DNA of 63,808 nt, the filler included. It is 6 parts of 6 records of this genome, joined end to end, with 100 filler letters (N's around TTAATTAATTAA, not from the genome) between each part and the next. Parts side by side here need not be neighbours in the genome. Positions count along the whole stretch, not along the records: positions 1 to 24,299 come from DRR723986_13266; 5 more parts are not named here. The stretch is one strand, 5' to 3'. The notes beneath the pieces were generated by a model. The model saw only the letters and a program-made list of their open reading frames with translations, was not told the origin of the DNA and made no database searches. Of this stretch, positions 1 to 8,539 are shown one piece after another. The position numbers were made by a program, and so were the translations under genes. The stretch's first letter is position 1. Every line of letters begins with the position of its first letter.

Positions 1-163
1 TTAACTCCAGCACAGCAATTTTCAATGCGTGAAAAATCAAACGGACCGTATTCCATGGGTGAACGCACAGATATCGCAATTAAACGGTCATGCTTTACAT
101 TACAATCGGCTGCCTGAATTCCAGACTGAAAGTATTCCAGCGAACTAGAAAAGCCTGAACTTC

Positions 164-916
164 CTAGCTCAGAGCATACAAAACCGGCTTGCTCGGGCTT
201 GCGTCAGTTTCCAGCGAAGCGATCTGGATATTTAACAGATACTCGCCGTCCGCAATTTCGTCCGGCACATAAATCATCTCGGTGATTGTAGCGTCCAATC
301 TGGGAGCCGCCGGATAACTCCACCATGCATGATGCGCCGCCAAGGCGCCGCCGTCCTCCTCGCGATCCACCGAAGGCAGGTCAATTAAGATGTGTTTTAA
401 ACCGCGATCGCGCAGATAGTCCAGAGCGTCTGCGTCAAAATACCCGGGGTTATTGCCCGACCACTTACGTGAACATTTTGATAGATCGTTGGGCACGGTG
501 CGCACAACTAGTGCAGTGGGCATTGCCTCCGCTCCTAATTGCTCCATCAATGCGGTTTTGCTGACGACATTATCTCCACCGTCGCGAACGTCCGGTGTGA
601 CCGTGATCAGCCGCGCCGCAAAGACAAATCGTTTAAGGCATTGATTGATCGTAACTCGCTCAGCAGCGATATGACCAACACATTCGGTATGTGTGCCGTG
701 GCCATGCGCGTTAATAAACAGATTTTCGCAGTTAACAGGTCCACCCTGCGCCACCGAACCAACAAAATCGCCGGCACGAAAGGGCTCAAAACGCGGCGGG
801 TCGATGTGAAAAGCATTAACATTGTCGGCGCCGGAACGCAGTGGAATCGAAATGTCAATTGGCGCACTGAAATCGACGCTGCGCTGTTTGCCGTCAATAT
901 CTACAAGAGCCTTCAT
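164..916 (-). CDS. Cyclase-family metal-dependent hydrolase (kynurenine formamidase KynB-like)
   Basis: HGHGTHTECVGH (HxGTHxx metal motif), IDLPSVDRE, and C-terminal TITEMI...DASPSKP typical of the cyclase family. Confidence 0.85.
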   Translation of the reverse strand: MKALVDIDGKQRSVDFSAPIDISIPLRSGADNVNAFHIDPPRFEPFRAGDFVGSVAQGGPVNCENLFINAHGHGTHTECVGHIAAERVTINQCLKRFVFAARLITVTPDVRDGGDNVVSKTALMEQLGAEAMPTALVVRTVPNDLSKCSRKWSGNNPGYFDADALDYLRDRGLKHILIDLPSVDREEDGGALAAHHAWWSYPAAPRLDATITEMIYVPDEIADGEYLLNIQIASLETDASPSKPVLYALS

Positions 917-1139
917 AGAAATCCTTGATTAACATTCTTGCTAAAGTTCCCGCACACATGCAGCATCCTAAGCCGGCACATAGTTGCAGAATCTGCAAAC
1001 TACGCAATCGCGCGCAAATCCAAACAAAATCCTGCAAGTTCATTTCTGCAGCAGAGCACGGCCGGCTCTTGCACATCGGCAGAATTTGTGAATTGGTCTA
1101 AACGCCGGTGTATTGCATAGTATGTTTTGGAGAAAATGA

Positions 1140-1871
1140 TCACGGCAAATATTCCGCATAAAAGGTCTCGATCGGTGCTTCAACTGTCAAGGGCAAGAAT
1201 GCAAAACAGTCAGGTAAATAGTTCAGGTCTTTCAGTTTTCTGAGCCGTTCCAGCAAGCCCGCGCAGGCTCTGGACCGAATACTTCCGTGACGATCCATAA
1301 ACTGCCCCCATACGGTCATCGAGTTAAACTTGGGGATGGCGGACTGCGCCCCGTCTATGAATGCGGCCGGAAATATTCGGCGATATGCATTTAAGTTGTA
1401 CAGCCAGGATTGCCCCACAACAACTCCGGGCTGCTCGACTGAGGTCTGAACGTGTTTAATTAAGCTAGAAAGTTCGCGGCGGCGAATGCCGGATCGTTCT
1501 TCAGCCAGGGGCGAAAACTCAAGTGGATCATTGTTCGCAAAGTGCAGCCGGATGCGTTTATCGTTTAACACTGCAAAGGAGAAACAGCCGAACTCTCCCT
1601 TTGCGAATATCGAACCACCGAGTTTGTCACGGCAGTACAAATGCGATTGCCAGGTCCACTCCGCTCCATTTTCTGCGGATCGCAAACCATCCAGATACCT
1701 GAGCCAGAGCGTATTATTCACATCATAGTCACGCAGCCCAACGACGCGCCGGTACAAGACCGTAAAATCCATCAGTACCTGCGGCAAGGGCAAGCCGGAA
1801 ATTTGCTGGAGCGTAGCGGCAAATGTTAACTGAAACGCGAAAAACTCTTTGGTGAACTGCATCTTTTTCAT
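1140..1871 (-). CDS. Hypothetical protein; start uncertain (ATG at 1871 or 1862)
   Basis: Long open frame (about 240 aa) with globular composition (IRLHF, GQSWLYNLNAYRRIFP, WGQF); no family recognised. Confidence 0.6.
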   Translation of the reverse strand: MKKMQFTKEFFAFQLTFAATLQQISGLPLPQVLMDFTVLYRRVVGLRDYDVNNTLWLRYLDGLRSAENGAEWTWQSHLYCRDKLGGSIFAKGEFGCFSFAVLNDKRIRLHFANNDPLEFSPLAEERSGIRRRELSSLIKHVQTSVEQPGVVVGQSWLYNLNAYRRIFPAAFIDGAQSAIPKFNSMTVWGQFMDRHGSIRSRACAGLLERLRKLKDLNYLPDCFAFLPLTVEAPIETFYAEYLP

Positions 1872-2473
1872 TGTTAATGGACGAATTGCCATGGACATTC
1901 CAACCCAGTGACGGCGACATCGTGCCAATCGTTCACCAGTTTGCAAATAAATACACGTGACAAAGGTATAATCCTCCTGGGACAGCAGCCAGTTTGATTT
2001 TTTTTGGGACGCGTTTTGTTCTTTTGACTCAGAGGCTTGAACGCTGCGCCTCTGCCACCCTCAGACCTGATGAAGGGTTCGGTGGCTGGCTTTGTTTTCT
2101 TGTTAGGCGGTGGGCGGCGAATTCAATGCCGTTGAGGCACGTTTGAAGACACAAGCCCCTGAGAAACGCTCGACAAAAGTTAACAGACATGAACTTAAAC
2201 AGACTCAAGTAATTTGCAAACAACAGGCCGATTCCGAGGCTCTGGGCACACTCAAGCCCAACATCTTCCAATATCGTAATGAACAGTACAACTACTTTTG
2301 TCTGCCAGGCCTAAAAAAGCACCAAAACAGGCGATTTACCGCATTTATTGGCTATTTTGCGAGTCTAAGACTATGTTGACTTCTTGCTTGCATTGAATGA
2401 TGTGCCGCTCTCCGGAAGTATGTCGTCAACTATTCAGTTAAGACATAGTCAGTTTCGGCGCCAAGGAATTTTC

Positions 2474-5377
2474 ATGTCAAATCAAGGTCCAAATGGACAT
2501 TTTGATCGCTTGCGCCTGTTTAAAAAGTACTTGCGACGCCTTTCCCGAGCTAAGAATCAGCAACAACCTGGACTGCCCCGCCAGCGCTTTTTGCAAACGC
2601 GCATTGATAAGCTGGCCCATAGGCTGAACCCGTTGAGGAATGTGCAGCGCGCAGCCACACTGGCAACTATCTCTGCCTCAATCCTGCTGGGCGGCGAAGC
2701 CCAGGCGCAAGTTCCCAAGGTCACGGCACTGGCTCCGGCATCGAATGCCAACAGTATCGCTGTCACGAGTAACGTCGCCATGACGTTCAGCACAGCAATG
2801 ACAGTCTCAAGTCTGACAGCCGGCAACATCCGCATTTTTGGTTCACAAACAGGTTTTCTGAGTAATACTGGAGTCTTTAGCGGAAACCCTGTCCGCAGTT
2901 TTAACCCGACGAACAACTTCAAAGCAGGCGAACGCATTTTTGTGACTGTCACCGGAGCGAGTAGCACGGCAGGCAACCAATTGGCTACGCCACTGGTCTA
3001 TGACTTTCTCACGGCGCCAAGTGCCGGCAGCGCAGTTTTTAACACAGGTGGATTCGGCGGCTCGGTTCGAGCTGACGATGTTGCGTTCGGTGATCTGGAC
3101 GGCGACGGTAATCTGGATGCTTTTGTGTCTGGAAATAGCAATCAAATTTGGTTCGGCAATGGTGACGGAACCTTTAGCAGTTCAAATTTTGGCGGTAGAT
3201 CCCAAAGTGTAGGTCTGGGTGACCTGGACGGTGATGGTGATCTGGACGCCGTGCTTATCGTATCCCCTAGTGATGTTCAGGTTCACTTAAACAACGGTGA
3301 TGCGACATTTGCAAGTAGCACCATAAGTTTAGGCGCCGATGGAGCAAGCATAGCCATAGCAGACATGGATGGTGATGGTGACCTGGACGTAATTGTTGCG
3401 GCAAACAATATTGGCACAGATGCGCCCAATTCAATCTTGTTTAATAATGGCAATGGTAATTTTGTAGTCCAGACTTTTGGCAGTGATGACAGTAATACCT
3501 TAGATGTCGGGGATATCGATACCGATGGCGATATCGATGTTTTGGTTGGTAATGATGGCTCTGCTGTTGCGTACTTTAACAATGCCGATGGTAGCTTTAC
3601 AAGCTCGACAGTTGGTGCTTTTTTATCGTTCGGCCTTGCGCTGGGCGACTTGGACGCTGATGGCGACCTGGACCTGGTTGCATCTCGATACTCGGGAGTC
3701 CTTACGATTGGACTTAACAATGGTAGCGGTTCATTCGCAGTTACGACCTTGCCCTCAAGCAAGGCCGCGGCGGCAGAACTTGGCGACCTGGATGCCGACG
3801 GTGATTTGGACATCATAATCGCAAACACTGGCAACGAAGCGAATGACCTGTGGCTTAACAATGGCGATGCGACTTTTGTTTTGCAGTCGCAGATCGGCGC
3901 AGGCTCCATTTCAGGAATCGCGATAGGCGACATCGACAACGACGGAGATCTAGATGCAATCCTGGCTAATACGAACAACGCTCCAAATGAAATCTGGCTC
4001 AATCAGCAGGCACCGCAGATTTTGTCAGCAAATCCCAATTGTGTGATTGCCAGTGCAACGGCACAAACACTTGTATTGAGCGGCATTGATTTGACGGTGA
4101 CAAGCGCGCAGATAACCGTCCTGGACAACGGCGGCAACCCAGTCGGCAGTGTTACAATGGCGACGACACAAAACAGCCCGCAGTCTTTCACTGTAACAAT
4201 TCCAGCTGGTGGGATCAGTACAACCGGAAGTCTGACGCTGACCGCAATGACGCCCTTGGGCCAAACCAGTGCCATTTTAACAATTGAGCCGGGCATAAAC
4301 ATTAGTGGCACAACGGCCAGTTGTAGCAATGAAATATTAAGTTATCAGGCGCTGCCGAGTGTAAGCGGCGCAAGTGTTAACTGGACGGTAACAGGCGGAA
4401 CAATCCTGAGCGGCCTCGGCAGTGAACAGGTTGAAGTTCAGTGGGACGCCGGCAGCACCGGTGTTTTAAACGCCTCGCGCAGCTACATTAGTGGCTGCAT
4501 AACAAGTGCAAACTTTAGCGCCGGCAGCGTTGACTTGATTGATGCCGTGGCCGATGTTGCCAGTTCGACCGACGGGACCGTCACAACGAATGTCCTAAAC
4601 AACGAACTTGATGACGGAGCTTTGGACTACCGCGAGAATGTCAAAGATGGCCTTGGCGGTGTTGACGGTCTTAATGGCGCGTATATGGTGGCACTTTCGC
4701 CAACAAGCCAATACGCATATGTACCAGGCTCGCAGGATAACTCTGTTGCCGTCTTGTTCCGCAATCGAATTCCCCTGGCGGCGGAAGATATGGCCATCGC
4801 CTTTTCAGGTTCGACGAGTGTATTTGATGTGCTCATTAACGATATTGACAACGACGATCATGACTTAACAATATCCGCAAAAACAGACGGCACACTTGGC
4901 ACGGTAACAATCACCGGCGGAGGAAGCACCCTAACATATGCCCCTGGTGGATCTATAGGACCAGATACTTTCACCTATACGGTGGAAGATAGTTTTGGCG
5001 GCAGTTCAACGGCCACCGTTTCTGTGTTAGGGGACATTAACAAGTCGGGTGATGCAAATGCCAACTCACGGACAGGCAACCATCAGAATGAGCTAAACGT
5101 GCGGCTTGCGCCTAATCCGGTTGGTGCAGAAACCACAATCCAGTTTAACATTCCATTTGAAGCGACTGTGCGTCTTGAGCTTAGCGATGTGAACGGACGC
5201 CGCGTCAGCGGCATTCGCAATCAGTTGTTTAAGGCCGGCGAGCATTCACTCAACTGGCAGACACGCATTAAAAATGGTGCCACGCTTGCCACCGGCGCAT
5301 ATTTGCTGACTGTTGAAGCAGTAAACGCATCTGGACGTACATTGCGACAGCTCGTACCAGTAACAATCAGTGACTAA
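2474..5377 (+). CDS. T9SS-cargo surface protein: extended leader, Big_5-like Ig, 7 FG-GAP repeats, Ig/PKD-like domains, one residual lactonase blade, Big_9-like domain, T9SS C-terminal domain
   Basis: Seven [GA]DxDxDGxxD repeats at about 3080-4000; FTYTVEDSFGGSSTATV; C-terminal LAPNP...DVNGRRV...LATGAYLL; ATG 2474 preceded by AAGGAA. Confidence 0.85.
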   Translation: MSNQGPNGHFDRLRLFKKYLRRLSRAKNQQQPGLPRQRFLQTRIDKLAHRLNPLRNVQRAATLATISASILLGGEAQAQVPKVTALAPASNANSIAVTSNVAMTFSTAMTVSSLTAGNIRIFGSQTGFLSNTGVFSGNPVRSFNPTNNFKAGERIFVTVTGASSTAGNQLATPLVYDFLTAPSAGSAVFNTGGFGGSVRADDVAFGDLDGDGNLDAFVSGNSNQIWFGNGDGTFSSSNFGGRSQSVGLGDLDGDGDLDAVLIVSPSDVQVHLNNGDATFASSTISLGADGASIAIADMDGDGDLDVIVAANNIGTDAPNSILFNNGNGNFVVQTFGSDDSNTLDVGDIDTDGDIDVLVGNDGSAVAYFNNADGSFTSSTVGAFLSFGLALGDLDADGDLDLVASRYSGVLTIGLNNGSGSFAVTTLPSSKAAAAELGDLDADGDLDIIIANTGNEANDLWLNNGDATFVLQSQIGAGSISGIAIGDIDNDGDLDAILANTNNAPNEIWLNQQAPQILSANPNCVIASATAQTLVLSGIDLTVTSAQITVLDNGGNPVGSVTMATTQNSPQSFTVTIPAGGISTTGSLTLTAMTPLGQTSAILTIEPGINISGTTASCSNEILSYQALPSVSGASVNWTVTGGTILSGLGSEQVEVQWDAGSTGVLNASRSYISGCITSANFSAGSVDLIDAVADVASSTDGTVTTNVLNNELDDGALDYRENVKDGLGGVDGLNGAYMVALSPTSQYAYVPGSQDNSVAVLFRNRIPLAAEDMAIAFSGSTSVFDVLINDIDNDDHDLTISAKTDGTLGTVTITGGGSTLTYAPGGSIGPDTFTYTVEDSFGGSSTATVSVLGDINKSGDANANSRTGNHQNELNVRLAPNPVGAETTIQFNIPFEATVRLELSDVNGRRVSGIRNQLFKAGEHSLNWQTRIKNGATLATGAYLLTVEAVNASGRTLRQLVPVTISD

Positions 5378-5687
5378 ACTGAACTGGTACTGCCGGCTTA
5401 AAAAGTCAGCTGGTATGAGGCTGATTGAGTAAACACAAAGGTCGGTGGAGGATACTCCGCCGACCTTTGATTGTTTTATGGTCAAGCGCGCACTGAATCG
5501 ATAGCTTCTGACACAGTGCAAAACAAAAGGAAAAAGTAAGCCACGCAGGCGCTAGCCAAGGGGCGCAGCGATGCAAGCCGGCTGTTACGAATACTGGTGA
5601 TTCAACACTTTGCGCAGACGGCATTCGTGAAAATTTCTATATTGAGGATTGATACAGTCGAGCATTTATTAAAGATGACAGTTTCCA

Positions 5688-8060
5688 ATGTACATTTCGC
5701 CGGGTCTTGACGAGAATTTGGGTGTAAAGATCAAACACCTTGAAGACGAACTCACGGCTGAAAAAGGCGTAGAGCGCATTTTTGCGATGGGGCGTCTGGC
5801 CGAAGCTCTCCTGGATTATGATCCGCGACGCAGCTTGGAATTGGCAGAAGAAACCGCCGATTTGAGCTTAAAACAGTTGCATGCCAAGGGCAGCGATCCA
5901 TTGCAGTTGAGTGATGCCGAAATAGCGGAAATGGCTGCGGATTTTCCCCTGCTGCTTGTATGTTATACGGAGAGCCTGCTGCTTGTCTGTAAAACTCAAT
6001 TAGAATTGGGAGACTATGTTGATGCGCGTGCAAACCTGGAAGAATTACTCGGTTTCCTGCGACGTCTGGAAGAACCGCTGATACTGGCCGATGCATTAAT
6101 TATCGCCGGTAAGGTAGGCCTGGAGTTACACGAACTACATGATGTTAAACCCTTGTTTGAGGAAGCGCTACAACTGTTTCGGGAGGCGAAAGATACACTG
6201 GGGGAAACACGTGGACTCATTGCGATGGGGACACTACAAATCCTGCAGGAACATTCGACGGCGACTGTTGAACTGTTCCAACGCTGTTTAAGCAGCGCAA
6301 AGGATTTAAACGACGCTGTGATTCTCATACATGCACATTGTGGCCTGGCACGCGTTCTTAAACTACGCGCGGAGGAGCGCACGGCGCTGGAACACATCAC
6401 GGAGGCTCTTACATTAGCAGCACGACTGGACCTGAAAGTTATCAAAGCCGATGCCGCAACCATAGCCGCAAACATATTTAGCAACTTTCGACGGCATAAA
6501 GACGCGGCGGAACAGCTGGCAGAGGCTTTAACATTTTACAGTTCGATTGGCAACAAGGCAAAGGAAGCACGGGTCTTGTTGTTAACAGGCATCAATCACT
6601 CGGATCAGAACAATGGCCAGGAAGCACGCGAATGTTTCCTCGGGTGTCTGGACTATTATCGTGCAAGCGGCAACCGCATGGGCGAGGCACGCGCACTTAA
6701 CAACCTGGCAAATTCCAGTAAAATGGACGGCGATTACGCACACTGCCTCAACTACGCACGTGAGGCACTGGTCATCTATCAGGAGTTTAACAATAAGACA
6801 AGCATTGGAATTGCCCTGATGCACATTGCTGGAGCCTACCAGCAAATGGGTGAGCTGGATACTGCGTTGGAGTATTTTATTCAGTCCCGAACTATTCACC
6901 AAGAGATTGAATCACCGCATTTTGAGGCGATTGCACTTTTACAGATTGGAATGATTCAGGATTTATGCGGGCAGAAACAACTTGCGCAGCAGTACCTTGA
7001 AGAGAACCTGGCGCTATCGCGCTCAATCGAAGACAAACCGGGAGAAGCATGGGCCCACATGTATCTGGGAAGGCTGGCAATTAGTCGCCAGGCATACGAA
7101 TTAGCCGAAACCCACTGTCAGAGCGCGCTTGATATTTTCAGCATTTCAGGTAATCGTATCGAGCAAAGTGTTATTCTGGCGACCCTGGGCAAGTTAAACG
7201 CCAAGACGAATCGCAATGAGGAAGCACGCAACTATTACGAAGCGGCACTTAAATTGCAGAGCGAAATTGGCGCGGTAAATGAGCAGGTCCAAACACACAC
7301 AAGTTTTGCAAGGTTTTTAATGGGACGCACGAAGCTGGAAGAGGCACGTAAGCATCTGGAAAGTGCACTTAACTTATCTGAACAGTCCGATTTTGAGGCC
7401 ATGAATTTTGAAGTATTGGAATGCATGGCAAGCTTGGAGGAGTCATGCGGCAACTTAGCTGAATGCATCGACTATTTGCGGCGTGCGCAGGCTGCGGAAC
7501 GCAAAGTGTTTAACCGTGAATCCGATCGTAAGCTTAAGAACCTGCAAGTGTTACATGAGTTAGATCAGGCACATCACGAAACTGAAATCTTACGTCTTGA
7601 GAAAGACAACTTAAAGGTTGAAATCGAAATCAAGGATAAGGACTTAACGACCAAGGCGCTGTACATATCACAGAAAAACGACCTCCTGGTTAAGCTGAAG
7701 AGCCGTCTGACTCAGGCACTACATGCTCCCGCACGCGAGCTTGATGACAACATGCAGGCAATTATCTCTGATATCGAAACTGCAATTGGAGCCGAATCTG
7801 AGTGGGGCAATTTTGAGGAGCAGTTTCGCACGGTACACCACGGCTTTGTTGAACAACTCAGCGAGCGTTTTCCGAACCTCTCTCCCACGGAAGTACGTGT
7901 CTGTGCTTTGGTAAAGCTAAATTTATCGACAAAGGAAATCAGCCGAATTCTGAACGTCACACCACGCAGTGCTGAAATCTACCGCTATCGCATACGGCGA
8001 AAGATGTCCTTGAGTGCAGGTGAAAACCTGAGCAGGGTTCTGGCCGGCATCCACGCCTGA
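5688..8060 (+). CDS. Tetratricopeptide-repeat protein with C-terminal LuxR-type HTH (putative cytoplasmic transcription regulator)
   Basis: Many tandem TPR-like helical repeats (e.g. GEARALNNLA..., A..Y...AL), a coiled coil, then LSPTEVRVCALVKLNLSTKEISRILNVTPRSAEIYRYRIRRKM. Confidence 0.85.
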   Translation: MYISPGLDENLGVKIKHLEDELTAEKGVERIFAMGRLAEALLDYDPRRSLELAEETADLSLKQLHAKGSDPLQLSDAEIAEMAADFPLLLVCYTESLLLVCKTQLELGDYVDARANLEELLGFLRRLEEPLILADALIIAGKVGLELHELHDVKPLFEEALQLFREAKDTLGETRGLIAMGTLQILQEHSTATVELFQRCLSSAKDLNDAVILIHAHCGLARVLKLRAEERTALEHITEALTLAARLDLKVIKADAATIAANIFSNFRRHKDAAEQLAEALTFYSSIGNKAKEARVLLLTGINHSDQNNGQEARECFLGCLDYYRASGNRMGEARALNNLANSSKMDGDYAHCLNYAREALVIYQEFNNKTSIGIALMHIAGAYQQMGELDTALEYFIQSRTIHQEIESPHFEAIALLQIGMIQDLCGQKQLAQQYLEENLALSRSIEDKPGEAWAHMYLGRLAISRQAYELAETHCQSALDIFSISGNRIEQSVILATLGKLNAKTNRNEEARNYYEAALKLQSEIGAVNEQVQTHTSFARFLMGRTKLEEARKHLESALNLSEQSDFEAMNFEVLECMASLEESCGNLAECIDYLRRAQAAERKVFNRESDRKLKNLQVLHELDQAHHETEILRLEKDNLKVEIEIKDKDLTTKALYISQKNDLLVKLKSRLTQALHAPARELDDNMQAIISDIETAIGAESEWGNFEEQFRTVHHGFVEQLSERFPNLSPTEVRVCALVKLNLSTKEISRILNVTPRSAEIYRYRIRRKMSLSAGENLSRVLAGIHA

Positions 8061-8181
8061 ACTACTTGATTCCAACTTGCCGCTCCGGATTGTGACGCAG
8101 ACTATTGATTCTGACCTGTGATTCTGGCTTGTAGTTGACCTCTCAGGCGTCGGCTCCAGCGAGGCTGTGCGTGCATCTGCT

Positions 8182-8377
8182 AACTGTTGAGGCAACTGTT
8201 GTGTTTTTGCTGCGGTAAATTTTCGGCTTGAGATCATCAAAGCCAAGTCTGCCTGAATCCAGTCTGAATGCGGGCTCAAGGACTGTTCGCCAATTGGTTC
8301 GCCACACCCTCTCGCCCAATTCCGGCTGTAGTGGTTGCATTCGCTCCGCACCTGGGGCCTGTTGTGACTTTGTTGTG
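8182..8377 (+). promoter_or_regulatory. Phased TGTTG/TGT(A/T)GTG direct repeats, candidate operator array
   Basis: AACTGTTG at 8182 and 8194; TGTAGTG at 8327; TGTTGTG at 8360 and 8371 (11-12 bp periodicity). Confidence 0.4.
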
Positions 8378-8436
8378 CAAAAGACCTCAGCGCCTTCACC
8401 TAGATTGGTCCTTGTCAAACGGGACGTACGTTCTGT

Positions 8437-8485
8437 GGCGGTTTGTTTGTCCGGTGGCGTCTTGTGCGTTGCCGAACAAACCGCC
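8437..8485 (+). promoter_or_regulatory. Long stem-loop in the leader of the 1712-aa gene
   Basis: GGCGGTTTGTT...AACAAACCGCC (11-bp outer stem) plus inner CGGTGGCG/CGTTGCCG pairing. Confidence 0.5.
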
Positions 8486-8539
8486 TTATAAGCCACTCGT
8501 ACTCTCAGCCATTTCATCATCCTTTAGGGAGCGCAGGTT

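Noticed and set aside
1-60. Possible minus-strand gene start running off the window (TTG-KIAVLEL)
   Set aside because: Too short to support a call.
2029-2090. Two hairpins with ACCTGATGA, resembling a TPP riboswitch or hammerhead core
   Set aside because: Lacks the TPP CTGAGA element and the hammerhead stem II-GAAA; there is no supporting downstream gene.
2369-2450. GACTATGT/ACATAGTC and GTTGAC/GTCAAC complementarity upstream of the FG-GAP gene
   Set aside because: Short, partly competing stems that could arise by chance; no recognisable RNA family.
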